Shown: positions 26,714-52,184 of the stretch, one piece after another
Layout of the letters: each line of letters starts with the position of its first letter
Position numbering within the stretch: position 1 is the first letter of the stretch
From: Chrysomallon squamiferum
Taxonomy: Eukaryota; Animalia; Mollusca
Assembly (NCBI GenBank): GCA_012295275.1
Contig: CM022673.1
Coordinates: 5,952,001-6,016,000 of the forward strand
Reading direction: 5' to 3'
DNA length: 64,000 bases
Position numbers and translations under genes: made by a program
Notes under the pieces: model-generated
Told to the model about the DNA's origin: nothing
Database searches by the model: none
What the model saw: the letters and a program-made list of their open reading frames with translations, nothing else

Positions 26714-29407
26714 ATGGACGAGAAAATAGCCCCGTTTAACAAAAAGGTTAATCAGCTGAAACTAGGTGGCAGTTTTGACCCAAAACCTCGGACAGCATTT
26801 CATTCCATTAGATGTAAGAAAATAATTTGCTAATATGAATCAGAAGTTAAACGTAGAAAACGAAACCGTTTATCCAGTTCTACCAAATCATAAATATTCG
26901 TGATTTATATGTCAGTAACGTATAAATAAGTTAACTGACTTTAATATTTGCAGAAGATCATTTATGTTACATATTTATTTATTTTTCATCTTTAATTCGT
27001 TTAATGTGACTTCTGGTTGAACCGCATTATTTCCGTATTATTCATTCATCATTGTTTTATTTATGTGTTATATTATTGTATCTGTATGTATATTTCAGAC
27101 GACTTCAAACCAGCGTCAGTGGATCCAAGTCGTGAATCAAAAGTTGAGGTGGGTGAAGGACACCAGGTTACAGTGACTGTTCCACATGTTGAGGTGAGTA
27201 TTCGATAGTTCTTTTTTAATTTATTTATTTATTAGCATAACTTTTTTATAACTTAATTTCTCTCTTTCGTGATAGATAGATAGATAGATAAATAAATAAA
27301 TAAACACAGCTATAGGTACATCAACAAAATAAATAAAATAATACATGTACTTACCTATTAAATTTAATTTCTTCCAGGGATCAGGCACGTCCCACACTGT
27401 CTACAAAGGTAACAAAAAACCTTGTCCTAAAGAATGTGTTTTAATAATTGATCATGACACAGGAACTTTTACTCTGGAGAGACTTACAAGTGCAGTACAG
27501 CTGAAAAAGACAAGGTACCTATCAAAAGACAATTTACAATAATAATGATAAAAAATTAAAAAGATACTTTTAATTAAATATTATTTGAAAAGGTTTGGAG
27601 ATACATAAATCACTATGAGATGGATTGTATAAAGCATAATTTTTTAAAACCAGGTACTCTTCAAAAACAAATAATTCATTATTAAAAAGACAAAAGGTTT
27701 CGAGATATGGGTATTTTATGAAATGGATTGTGTGAAGCATTTTTATAAATGATTAGTACCAATTTCTTTTATTTATAATAATATTTTTTTATTCTTTTTT
27801 TATTTTTATATATTTAATAAAATGTATATATATATATATATATATCTTAATATTTTATTGTTCCACAAGTGGTTTATCAAAGACCAACATATATTTTTAC
27901 TATTTTTAGGTAAGTGATTGATAAAATATCTCTTATTGCTGAATGTAAAGAGTAATATATGGTGTGATGGTATCTGGTTTTCCTCCTGAACATATTTTTG
28001 AGACTTAATACCTAATAATATTGAAGTATGTTGATGTTATTGAATAAATATTAACTTGGCTTTTATTAGAATAATTTTTAAATAATAATAATAATAATAA
28101 TTAAATTAAATTTATTGATGTTTAGAATGGAGGGATCCAGCAAGCAGTCAGGACGACCTCTGACCCCTGTAGAGGCATTGAAACAGAAGTCTGCATCACC
28201 ATCCAAGACAAAGTCTGGACAGAAGAGTCCTGCTTCTATGAAAAGTATCTCACCAGCTCCACCCAGTGTGCCTGAGACAAGTAATTTTTATGTGTTTTTT
28301 TTTGTTGTTGTTTTTTGTCAACAAAATAAATTATGTTTGCTTTTCTTTTTTCTTATTAAATTAAACAAAATATTCAAAAGTTAATTAAAGTATATCTTTA
28401 CTGGTCTGTATATTGTCTAATTAATTATTTATTTATTTTTTTTTTTAATAATTGGTCTTTATACATTAACTTTTTTAACACAGTTATATTATTAAATTTA
28501 TTTTTATTTAATGGTTGGAGTATGAAAAAAAATTATACTAGAGTATTTCCTTTTTTTTTATCTTCTATTTTTCTACTTCTGAATTTTTCTTTACAGTTGA
28601 TTCCATTGGTATGATTAGTTCTTCAGAGAGTGAATCTGAAGAGGAAATAAAGAAAGGTGAATTTTAAAATTGTCACCATGTTGTTGTTAATAATGATATT
28701 TTTATTATCTTTAATTAGATCATTACTTTTAAATTATGAATAATATAACTAATATTTTCAGCCTTAGATAATTTGATAAACACTGTGATTGTGTTATATA
28801 TATATATATATATACCTATATATCTGTATATATTACTTTTTCAAACTTTGTAATATTCAAATAATTTATTTTGATCATCAGTGATTAGAAATATTTCCAA
28901 AATGATTTTAGTTTCCATTGATGTGTTCATCATTAATTGAAAATAATTGTCTTTATAATGTGTTATTTCGAATATTTTCTGACTTCTGTCTATGTGTAAG
29001 TGGGTATGCTTTCATGTGTGTGTGTGTGTGTGTCTATAATGATAATTATGTACTTTCTAAATATATTTTTTATAAATTTTACAGCTCCCACTCCTGTTAT
29101 GGAGAGCAGTTCAGTTCTGAAATCTCACCACATGCTGAGTAAGTTTATTTTATAACACACTAGTCAAAATAAACTTTTATCTTTATGCCTTTGTTAACTA
29201 AAACCAGCTTCCTAAAGTGATTTGCTTTTAAAAAATTTTTTTATATATTTTGTTTTTTTTACAAATGTTTTTTAATTATCAAAAATGAATAATATATATA
29301 TATCTGTATTGTTTAATTTAATTTTTGTTTGTTTATTTATTTATTTATTTTGTTTTTTTGTAGAAGAAGATCTGCAATTGTCTGAATCTGGCAGTGACAG
29401 CGACTGA
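26714..29407 (+). CDS. EAF: ELL-associated factor (EAF1/2 family); join(26714..26813,27099..27193,27378..27514,28126..28280,28597..28656,29085..29138,29364..29407), 214 aa
   Basis: Spliced translation gives LKLGGSF..AFHSIRYDFKPASVD..VTVTVPHVEGS..TVYKGNKKP..KECVLIIDHDTGTFTLERL..QLKKTR (EAF domain), a Ser/Pro/acidic region, and the conserved end EDLQLSESGSDSD*. All six introns are GT-AG with matching phases; total 645 nt. Confidence 0.95.
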
Positions 29408-32348
29408 TGTTTACAAACTTCATGTTTACACACTTCTGACGTAAACATGCATGTTTGCATATTTCGGACAACTACCAAGAGTCTTTCTACAATGATATTT
29501 ACTCATTTGCTGACAACATTATCTCACAAGGGGGCCATGCTCAATTTGTTATATTATTTTTTTATTTTTTATGTTGTCAGTTTTGCGAAGGATTTTAGTC
29601 TTTCATAAAACAAATCTAAAGCTCTTGTCACACTGGTTGACTTGTTTGAAACTATTGCTTTTATGAAGGTGGGACAAACAGCTGAGAAATATTTATTTTG
29701 TGCATAAATCTTTTTTTTATTATTAAAATGTTAATTTTATCTTTTAATTTAGAAAAACATAGACATGTGGACTGCTGTAATGTTTCAATTTAACATTTTT
29801 TATAGAAATTAATAATGAATCTTTCAGGTGAAATATTATTATTACATATTTACGTTTTTTGGTTTATGGATGTTTATTTTTTAAATATTTATATATTGTT
29901 TCATCTGACATTTTTAATGATTTCTTTATATATATTTTTGTTACTCTGAGTACCTTATATTGTTTATAACCTTTCACATAGGTCACTTGTGTAATAATAT
30001 TTTATTATAATAACTGAGGGTTTTTTTTTCTACAGATATTCATTAATATTGTGTTGTTAATGTAGATACAGTATTAGTAATGATCTATTCAAATTTGAGC
30101 AGTGGATATTTTTGTCTCTGCAGATAATTATGGCTGAGTGTAATGTATATACAAATATATGTTTAAAAATGTACATATGAATGAAATATATATACTTATA
30201 AATGTTTTGTCTGCAAATACATATTTTCAGATGTTTTCAGTTTCTTTATTTTCTTTTTTTTTTTACATGAATTACCAACTAGAATATAATTTAAAAAAAT
30301 TTTGAAATATTTATTTATTTATCATTATCGTCATCAATATTGGTATTCCTATCATTATCATCAATGTCATTATCATGATTATTATTATTATCATTTGAAA
30401 TGAAATATTATGACTAAATTTTTTGTAACAGTAGAATCAAGTATCCATCTCACTATTTCTAATATTTGAGTTAAGCCCTCCAGAAAATTTTGATATCATA
30501 CATGCAGAAAGAAACCCTCATTATTTGATAATTACTAAAGACTTAAATAATTTTAAGTTAAGTACACACTGATAATGAAATGTGCAAACACATTGTTGCT
30601 AAATCTTTTGAACATAACTAATACTTGAATTTTCAATGTCATTAACACAAGACACAAGGCAATAACACAAGAAATAAGCAAAAAGAAAACAGATCCAAAT
30701 TATTTTTTATTATCTTTATTATAAATAAATCAACCATTGATCAACCCAACAACTGCTTTGCATGAAATGTTTGTTTTTTTTGTATTTTTTCTGAATTTGT
30801 GATTAAAAATTATGAACATGGAACAAAGCATACAGACTCACACTCTCACTACCTGAAAAATCTGTTTATATTTGTGGTATTCATATTCAAGCACTGCAAC
30901 GGAAATAATATAATAGTAATAATAAATAAAATAATAATAATAATAATAATTTTTAAAATGTTGTTGTAACATGATCATTCCATAATTTACAAACAATTTT
31001 CTAAAAAACCCTACAGTTATGATTGTTCTACAAAAACACTTAAATGTTTCTGAATAATAAAAAAAATGAATATTTCTAAATAACACCAACAATGACTGCT
31101 CACACAAAATGGGTTTTTAAGCTATAGTATTATCTATTTAATAGTCTAAATTTGTGAAAATGTTTTTCCTTCTACTGTGATACTGATAATATATTTTACG
31201 TGAAAAGTTTTTAAAACGTCAGAAATGTATGAAAAACCAAGAATATATATTTTTTTATGTATATAAATCTTGTAGGTAATAATTTCATTTGCTGTGACAA
31301 AAATTTTTTAAACAGAATTTCAAAAATAAAAATTACAAAATAAAGTTATCTTTAGCCAAACATGTGTGTAAACATTAAAAAAATTCTGAAATTTATAAAA
31401 CAAAAACTACCTGCAGATTAATTAATTAGAATATTTTCCACAGTAAATTTACTTTTCTCTCTTTAATTTTTTCCCCCCTCTATTTTCCAATGGCCATTCA
31501 AACATTATGGACTTACAAATGGACGGACATGCTAACATACAAATATCCAAGGACCTAAATATTAGGAAGTTATTAAAAATCAAAAAATTTATTTTCACAT
31601 TATTTCAGATAAATAACAAATTCTTAAATTCAGATTTATTAATTCAGACACATAATTAATTATTTAATAGGCTCTAATTTGACTGTTGGCCAAGTAGCAG
31701 TTGTTACCAGGCCAGTTCTCCATGCTGTATTCATTGGGGCAATTTCCCAATCCAGCCCTAAGTGAATCAGATATCCTGAGCTTTCCTGTCTATGGAATAA
31801 TTTCTCTGTTATTTACAAGAATATACAATCATTTGATATTAAAATTAATTGACAAAATTTCTTTTTTATTATTATTATTTTTTTTTATATAACTATCCGT
31901 TTTGCAAATAAAGATACTAAATAATTAATTATGCTAGCTAATAGTAATTATTCTAAATTTTTTAATTTACAAATAATGCTCTAATTAGTTACTGGTAATG
32001 TTTTAATATTTTTTAAATAAATAATTTTCAAATAATTATATTTAGGCTAGTTTGCTTTTTACACATCTGCTCTGCATTTAAAACTGCTTTTTTTCTACAG
32101 TACCAAAGATGCTTAGATTTATGGGTTACCGAATATGAACTGAAAATGAAAAGTGAAAAAAAAAAAAAAAACCTGAATGAAAGATTTCACTTTTGAGATC
32201 CTTTTAAATATAAACAAATTCACAAATCAACTGAGATCTTTATTAAAGTTTTTTCACACAAAATATCAGTCCAAAAAAAAAAAGAAAGATATATAATAAT
32301 AGCTTCTTAATCCATTAATCCATCATTTTAACAATGATTTCTTAGGAA

Positions 32349-32391
<43 letters not shown>

Positions 32392-35300
32392 AAATTCTTG
32401 ATCAGAAAACAAAATAATTATTGTCTGAAAATAAACTATCACCGCAAACTGAAAAAGGGAACTCAGACAAAAGAAAAATGCTTTTCTTCAGTTTTTCTTT
32501 TAATTTTGTTCATGCAGCCATTTAAAAGTGAAAAAGGGAGGTTACTTATTTACAATTATTTCCCCTGTGTTTACTCTTATCAATATATACAAATATGTAC
32601 TATTTCAACATTATATGAGGAGGAATTATGATGGTAAAAATTGTTTAAAATCATTTACAAAATATACAAGACTATACAGTGATGAAATTGATATGCTTTT
32701 TAATAATATTGCTTAAGAATAATTTAAATAATTTATTTTTGTGTAGTTTTTTATTTTCAGAACTAAACTTTGCAATGTGCAAAATGTTTGATAAATTTCA
32801 TATGAAGTACTATTGTTACGAAAATGGATGAAGAAAGCACATAAGATGATTTTTCTAGCATGGCTTATTTTTTATTTATTTTTTCTGAAAAACTTTTTTT
32901 TTTTTTTCAGCAAATCTGGAAAAAGGAAATAAATAACAAAGCTAACTGAAGTAATTTTAAAAAAATATATATTAATAATATGAATAATAATTAATCAATT
33001 TTATTATCATAATAATAATAATAACAATAATTAATTAATTTTAAAAGTTTTGTTAAAATACCTGTTATTTCCTAAATAAAAAAAATAAAAAAGAATTAAA
33101 GAATTTAGAGTTATCTACCCATATTTCAAATTTCACTCACTCTTCAATCACAAGAATATTTTCATTCCGAGTACTTCACAGCAAATTCATTAAACTAAAA
33201 TAATTCTCTGAAACCAATAGCAACAAAGGAATGTTTTATAAGAAGCTACAGTGTATTAACCATAAAACATATTAGAGTTATCACCCTTTGTTTCAAGCAT
33301 GAGACAGAGCAAAAAGGATATGATTACACATCAACAGTTATTCATTGTGATATGAATATAAATGAGGAACTTCGTTGAATGATGCAAGTTAAAAGACATA
33401 TATTTTAAAAAATAGGTTATGTAATATTATGTGTATCGTTTACTAAATATTAGATTATAATAATATCTTTTATCTTATCTGACAGTTCTGCAGTCTTTTT
33501 TTGGGAGGTCATAAGGTTTTCTTTTGTTTGTTTCTTTGTTTTTGTTTGTTTTGTATTTTTGGTGGATTTTTTTTTGTTGTTGTTGTTGTAAATTAATTTA
33601 ATCCATTAATAATCCTGTTTTTAAACAAAAATAATTTTTTCCTGTTTTAATAAAATAAAAAAGCTAAATAAATAAATAAATAAATAAATAATAAAATAAC
33701 CCTAAAAATCCACATCACATATAAAAGAATGGAACAATATAACATGTCTAAACTGATTTTCAGATTAATTTTCCATTCTGGAAAGCAGCATATTTTGTTC
33801 ATAATTACGAAATATTTATGACATATATTTGTAACAGTTCAGAAATAATAATAACTAAATGAACAGATAATAGTATTTACTCAATGAGCGACCTTTCACA
33901 TCAAAATTATTCTGTTTTAGTTAAACTAAAATGTTTAATAAAATACAACAAAAGCTAAATAATAACCAATTTCAATATCACTTCATTCCACATTACAAAA
34001 TTTAAATTGTTCACAAAACTTAAAAGTCAACAATAATTTCAAACAAATTTCTTAAATTAAATTTACTCACTGAATTTCAAAAACGCACAAAGCCTAAATT
34101 TTGACAATAAATTTCAACCATTCGCAAACTTATGATAAAAGATTAAATTTGAATCATTCACAAAACTCAGAATTAAACATTTGATATGAAAAATGTTCAC
34201 AAAACTTATAAACAAAAGTTTGGCACTATAAAAAATAAACTTCATTATTGCTGTACATATAAAAGGGAACAATGAACAAACAAAAATGTATATAACAATT
34301 TTTACATTTTTTGTTAACGTAACAATAACATGGAATTTTCAATATTTTTATAACTAGTTACAGTCACTGAAGAAATAACAAATTTTCATTGTTCTTTATA
34401 ATTACTTGTGATATTAGTAAAAAAAACTCACAGAAATGTATAGTGAGACATTTAAGCAATTATAGACTATTTGTCTCATTTTCAAGTAATTTTGTTGTTG
34501 TTATTATAATTGTTTAGTTTCTATATTAAAACTGTTACTATTTTTAATACAGAAATGTACTTGTTCATTATAATTATATTTGTATATTTAATTTTTCTAG
34601 GATTTATATATTATATCATCTAGAATGTTTTATGTAGCTAAAATATATTTCCATGACTGACCATAATTTGTTTTGTGTGATGGTAATTATAACAAAATAA
34701 TATTTAAAAAAAAAAAAAAATGTAAAATATATTAATGTGACAGGTTCATTATTTTCATTTATTACTAATTTTAAATGGTATTTTAAATACAACTGTAATT
34801 AGCTAAATTCAAAATATTTTTCATCTTGTTTTTCATTTCAAGTAAATCTGCAAATTCAGTTTGAATTTTAGTGTTTCTTAGATTATTATTATTATTAATA
34901 TTATTATTCCTATTCCTATTCCTATTACTATTACTATTACAATAACATTTCATTTTGGGAAAATACAAAATTACCATTTTTTATTGAAGTAAATATTGTT
35001 ACAGATATTATTATTCCATATTCTAACAGAAGGATATATAACAAAGTTCTCTTGTTGGAAAACATAGTTTATACATCACTTTTGATTTGTATTTGGACAT
35101 AGTATAAATATTACATATAATAGTCACACATATCTGTTATTTAGCTATAAGCAAAATCACAGAATTATCTAAAATGAATCAAAAGGAAGCTCGAAAGAAT
35201 CATTCATGTAATAATTATATGCAAACAACAATGGAGTGGAAGTTAATTAGTGTATGTACATAATTAATATTTTTAAAACAGTAATAATAATAACAATAAC

Positions 35301-35398
35301 AAGAAGAAGATGAAGAAGAAGATATTAATTTAAATATTCTGGATCTAAATTTGATAGTGGAAATTATTTATATGATTTAAAAAAAAAAAAAAAAATTC

Positions 35399-35484
<86 letters not shown>

Positions 35485-36009
35485 TAATTTACTCTTGTTT
35501 TTCATTAGTTGTGTGTTTGTCAAATATATATATATATATAAGCAGACATGTATATTAAGAATCAGTAGGTATGTTTGTTTGCACATGTATTATTACACAA
35601 ATGATAAATTACACAAAATGGCTATCACATTCAGGCTTATCATACTCCGATTGTCAGAGCCAAATTTTTAAACTTTACATTCATCATTCAACAAATTCAT
35701 CTCACAACAGCTGGCAGAGAAAATTAAATGTTATAAGTTTTTTTTTTTTTTTTTTTAAAAAACAGGTTTGTGGAGAAGAAAACAACATTAAAAAGAAGAA
35801 GAAGAAAAAAGCTGTTTAACGTAATAAATATCACATGAGAGTTGTTAACAGTTAACCTGAAGAAACATTAAAATGAGGTATTGCACTAGAAATGATGATG
35901 TAAAGCATAGCTTGATGCTTCATTATTTGTTGTCATGGTTGTTGTTGTTGCTGTAAGAAACAAGTAAAAAAATCTCAAGCAGAAAGAACCTTTGGATATA
36001 TTTACAAAT

Positions 36010-36775
36010 TTTCTGATGTTGATGAAATAGGATTTACCGGATTTTTACTGCTGATGAAACATTATTACCAGATTTTTTACTGCTGATGAATCAGGATTAC
36101 CAGATTTTTTACTGCTGATGAAACAGGATTACCAGATTTTTTACTGCTGATGAAACAGGATTACCAGATTTTTTACTGCTGATGAAACAGGATTACCAGA
36201 TTTTTACTGTTGATGAAATATAATTTATAAGATTTTTACTATTGATGAAATAGAATTACCACATTTTTAGTGTTACAGGGGAGTGAACAGGTGTTGGTAA
36301 AAAAAAGGGGGAAATTATTAAACTGCATAAATGGGCTGCAGTGCAGATAAAAGATTTTCTTGAAAAAGTGCAAGAAAGCAGTGGGCAGCCCCTGCAGTAT
36401 CTTCCCATTCCCATTTCTTTTGTTGGACTCTGGTCTATTTTGTTTCAAGTCTATAAATTTCACACTCATGATGAAGGAGGATTAACAGATTTTACTATTA
36501 ATGAAATACGAGTTACAAGATTTTTGCTATTGATGAAACAGAATTATCAGATTTTCACTGTTGATGAAACAGAATTATCAGATTTTCACTGTTGATGAAA
36601 CAGAATTATCAAATTTTCACTGTTGATGAAACAGAATTATCAGATTTTCACTATTGATGAAACAGGACTATCAAATTTTCACTGTTGATGAAACAGGTTT
36701 ACCACAACTTTAACAATTATAAACTATAGTTGATGAACTGGGTTTTACCAGAATTTTTCAGTTGATGAAATGGCT
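36010..36775. repeat. ~30-bp minisatellite (CTGATGAAACAGGATTACCAGATTTTTTA) in two blocks split by a ~200-bp insertion
   Basis: Copies at ~36015-36265 and ~36465-36770; non-repeat sequence at ~36270-36460. Confidence 0.9.
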
Positions 36776-37260
36776 AATAATAAAACAAAATGATGAATCA
36801 AAAATAAAAAGTAAAAAAAAAAAAAAAAAAATCACTTAACAAATTATGATGAGTGATTTTCTACCCTGTGTCCTGATGAATTAAAATTTATTAATTTCAG
36901 TGACTAATTCTGGTAATCTAAAATATAAAAATTTCACAATGGCTGACTTTTGTGGTTAAAATGTTAAAAGTAGCAGTGTCTAAATTCGATGAATACAAAT
37001 GTTAATTTTTACACTGACTAATCTTGATGAAACAAGATGGTAAAAATACCACACGTGAATTGAATGTGAAACAGAATGTAACATTCCCAAACACTTAAAG
37101 CAAAATGAAACTGTGGATTTTTAAATCTATATTTAATCTTCCTGAATAATAAACCAATGAGTATTTAAAATGTTGTCATAAATATAATAAATTAAAATGT
37201 AATGCACATTGTTATTGTAGTTTTAAAATGGGATTTTTGCAACTGATCTCTCATGTCATC

Positions 37261-37372
<112 letters not shown>

Positions 37373-37691
37373 CAACAAAATTAACCTTTAAATTTAACAG
37401 AAGTGTAACATAAAAAATTTAATAAAATTATTCAATATGATAATCATTAATGAGTTCACAACTGGAAAATTGGATTTAAAAATGCATATCTTTTTGCAAA
37501 ACAGGCCTCATATAAATTCTTAAATTAAAACAATAAAAACAAACAAACAAACAAACACAGTCAATCGCTCTCAGTTTTTTAATCATTCATTCTGGTTATA
37601 TAAATCCATCTGCTATAAATAAGACACGAATAATGGAAGTCTGCGAAATGTTACATTCTGTTGTGGTAAAAACATGTGCGTACATTAACTG

Positions 37692-48060
<10,369 letters not shown>

Positions 48061-48214
48061 CTGGGAAAAATACGAAGAGGTGGGTTGTAAAATTACATGT
48101 GTTTTTAATATGTGTGTGTGCATTGTTTATATATAAGTATTTGTGTTAGTGGTAGTTGTATATATATATACACACATATACATGTATGCATATACACATG
48201 ATCATAATATATTC

Positions 48215-48249
<35 letters not shown>

Positions 48250-48559
48250 CATACACACACATATATAATTAGATGTACATAATTATATAAACATACAAAC
48301 CCATAGACATATATATATATATATATATACTAGACACACACACACACACACAACACACACACATATAAAAGAAAATCAAAAATGCATTTCACAATACATT
48401 TCATAAGAAGAAAATATATACTGAATATTCCCAACATACAAAGAATTTGCTCATTACGAAAATACTTTTTTTTTTTATAGATGAAACAAAAAATTCTAAA
48501 GTTAATTAACATACTTTTCAGCTCATAGATGCCTTTGTTGTAAACTCATTTCGTTTTAT

Positions 48560-48717
48560 GAATACCAGTGTCACAATGGTTGAGCAATCATCTCAAGACT
48601 GACAGGTTGTGTGTTCACCTCCCACCACAGGCTTCAACCAAGAATTAATGTGTTCAGTACAAGATAACAACAATGTGTTTTCTGTGTAACTAATTCTCCT
48701 TCACATTAACATTGTTA

Positions 48718-48753
<36 letters not shown>
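48560..48753 (+). mobile_element. Degenerate tRNA-derived SINE-like remnant with poly(A) tail
   Basis: A-box-like GTGTCACAATGGTTGAGC (~48568), B-box-like GTGTTCACCTCC (~48611) at tRNA spacing, and an A-run of ~35 nt ending at 48753. No TSD identified. Confidence 0.4.
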
Positions 48754-48754
<1 letters not shown>

Positions 48755-49909
48755 AGGATCATTGATATATGCCTATGAAAGGCATGCTTGATTCTTTCAG
48801 TAGAAAGATATAGATTTCAAATAATTGACCAACTAAGTATTTGAGGATCTGTCCAGTTGGCATGGCCTTCATCTGATACATTCATCAGTTTGTTTTTATA
48901 CTAATGTAAACACAAGACAGGTTGGTTGCCTTGGTAGCTAAATCGATTTTGTCTTCTTTTTTTTTTTTTTTGTTTTTTTTTTTTTTGTTATTTGATACAG
49001 TAACATATTTTAATTGTGATATGATCAATATTTATAATAATTACATAATCAATATTTATAATAATGACACAATCAATATTTATCATAATGACACAATGAA
49101 ATTTGTGCATTATTTTTAATACTGACATAAAGCATAATGTAAAGAATCAGTGGATGACATATTAAATATAATATGTCCTTGGAAACATCTTTAATGGTAA
49201 TTTTTCTGAAAAAGGAAATAATCGAAACATGCTGCTGTCTGATAAGGTTTTTTAGTTTTTGTCATTAATGCCCATGAATCGATTTTTTGAAAAAATAAAT
49301 TATAAAATTTAGATATTACATGTATGTATGTATGTATGTATGTATGTATGTATGTATGTATGTATGTATGTATGTATGCAAGAATGTATGTATGTATGTA
49401 TGTCTGTATTAAGGTTTGTGCACAGTACTATTATAAATACATATATATATATATGAGAGGTATTAAAAACATAATTAAGATAAAGGCCATTAACTCAGAA
49501 TTGAAAATGTTTGCAATCTGTACAAAATATACTGGCTGAAAAATAATACACTGCGTGACTAAGTAATATCAGGTCTTTGAAAATATTATATTCTAATAAC
49601 AAAAAAAAAACATGTGACAAGCCTCAAAATATGTAAGATTAAAATGTAAATAGTTGTATATGCTAGATATATCTATATATATATATATATATATATGCAT
49701 GCTTACTAATTATAAGAAGAAGAAATCATGCTATTACTCTCCACCCACAAAAATTACAAATGTCTGATATTTTGTTTCTGATATTTAAAGGTAGTTCTTG
49801 TCATAAAAGTACCTGAGCAAACATAAGTTACTACTTAGCTGAAGACTGCGAGCAAATAACAAAGATAATACACATGTAATTAAAGTATAATATAACAGAA
49901 GGTAAAAGC

Positions 49910-50280
49910 GGTAATTAAAAACAACACTAAGTAAAGGTAATACTAATTAAAGGTAATATTCATGATTAAAGGTAAAACTAATTAAAGACAGTAATGTTAA
50001 TTAAAGGTAATATTTATAACCAATGGAACATTAATTGAATGTAATGTTCACAATTAAAGGTTAATACTAATTAAAGTCAATATTCATAATTAAAGATAAC
50101 ATTGCTTAAAGGTAATTTTCATAATTAAAGGTAACATTCAAAATTAAGGTAACACTAATTAAAGATAACATACATAATTAAAAGGTAACATTCAAAATTA
50201 AGGTAAAACTAATTAAAGATAACATATATCATTAAGGTAGTACTAATTAAAAGGTAATATTCTTAATTAAAGGTAGCACT
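49910..50280. repeat. ~17-20-bp degenerate repeat (AATTAAAGGTAA)
   Basis: Many copies of AATTAAAG[G/A]TAA abutting the donor of the 50292 candidate exon. Confidence 0.85.
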
Positions 50281-50291
50281 GTGAACAATAC

Positions 50292-50609
50292 CTTTTTATT
50301 TTTGACATCCTCGTCAACCTGTGAATCATTGTCACCAGTCACTTTGTTACCTGAACTCACAGAACATTTGTCTGCCTGAACACAGTCACCAGCACAGTCT
50401 GTGTGATCAGGTTTCTGATCAGGTGTATCTGTTAGCACATCATGCAAGAAATGTATCTGCAGATGCTTTAAGCTGTTGCTACTGTTCTGGACAGTAAAGA
50501 TCTCAGACTCTTGACCCATGGTCTGGACGTCTGGTTTGGTCATTGTGACTGACCAGTCCAAATTTTTAGCTTTCTGACATTTTTCACTTTCTCTGAGGTT
50601 TGTTGACAT
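50292..50609 (-). CDS. Second candidate alternative first coding exon of ERG (106 aa, MSTNLRESEK...DEDVKNKK)
   Basis: ATG preceded by an in-frame TGA, 106 stop-free non-repetitive codons, more GC-rich than flanks, phase-0 donor AAG|GTATTG. Confidence 0.42.
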
Positions 50610-50929
50610 ATTTCAGAACATCACATTTTTAGATAAAATACCTGTCAGTGTATATATACATAAAGTGTATATTTAACACAAACGTATCACATTTTTGATT
50701 AGACTAAATATTTATCAGGGTCTGTGTAATTGTACACACATCTGCTTTTTTTTCTTCTTTTTTTATAATTAATCCTTTTTTCCCATCTCCATAGGAAACA
50801 TTTCTTTCTGAAATTAAATTCTTTTCAAGAAACTGAAACAATTAAAAAGTGGAAAATACTAAGCTCCTATGAACAGTGTACATACACTGACTTTTTTTTT
50901 TTTTTTCACAATATTTTAACCACTTCAAA

Positions 50930-51690
50930 ACTTTTTTTATTATTTTTCGTTTTCCCAAAGGATGGTAGTTTGAGAAAATCAGTAACTAAGAAGATGAAAT
51001 TACTAATCTCCAGTGACCACTTTGCTCAGATATTTTTTTTCTATAACCTTTCATCCACCTGTGGAAACACATATATCATATTTTGCCTTTTTCCCAGCAG
51101 ATGGTGATTCCAGAAAACAAGTTCTTAAAATAAGTAAGTGAAAATCTGCATTAACCAATTTACATCAATCTTATTATTTTTAAGATTTTTGTTTTTCCAT
51201 CCAAATATGATTATTAATTTTTCACTTTGCTTATTTCCCACAGCAGATAAAGCTGAAAAGCTGAAATGATCAGTTTGTGTAAACTTCTTTTCATACAATC
51301 CTACATTGTCCAATAAACTATTTTTGCCTTTTCCCAGATGAAGGTTCAGAAAAAGCAAATTCTGTTGTTGTTTTTTTACCCGTAATAAACTAAAGAACCA
51401 AAAGATAAAATTATCAATTCATATAAACATCTCTTTTTTTTTTTCATAACTCTTCATCCATTTTGACTTTTCTTGGCACATGATGAATCAGTCAGAAAAA
51501 CTAAGTTCCTTTTTAATAATAACATTATTAAAACAAAATATAAATAACCAATTTAAAGACTTCTTCTTTATAATCCTAAACCAAATATGTTACTTTTGTC
51601 TTTTCCCAGAATATGGTGATTCTGCAAAATAAGTCCTCAATAACAGACTAACAGAACATCTGAAATCACTAAGCTCTAATGACCAGCAAG
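50930..51690. repeat. Old ~130-bp degenerate satellite (TTTTGCCTTTTCCCAG..ATGGTGATTC..GAAAA)
   Basis: Related motifs at ~50945, 51080, 51225, 51320, 51460, 51595. Confidence 0.55.
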
Positions 51691-52145
51691 TTACCATGAT
51701 GAAGATCTGCAGTCTGCCATCTAATTGCCCAATTAGTTAACATGTAGAAATTCTCCATTACCCGAAAAAATTAAAAATAAAAAGTCCTTAAAAAATTAAA
51801 AAGGCTGCTGTTTAATTATATCTTTGGCATTTGGTATCTATCTACATCACCCTGGAACTGCAACCAATGAACTGTAACAGAATTATGTAACATGCTCCAG
51901 TTCTGCCAAACCCTGAGATATTTTCAATGTATTCCTAAAGTGGTAATTACATCACATTTCACTGTCTGGTGCTCGGTGTGTTATGACAAGAAGTGTTAGA
52001 TATAGCTGTATTAATTATTTTTTGCTAAAAGAAAATCTATATAATCTGCAACAGTTTATCACTTTCTGAAAGGCAATTATTGTGCATTTAATATCAGAGT
52101 AAATTTAACTGTTATGGGTATTAGCTGTTTATGGAAACCATCAAA

Positions 52146-52184
<39 letters not shown>

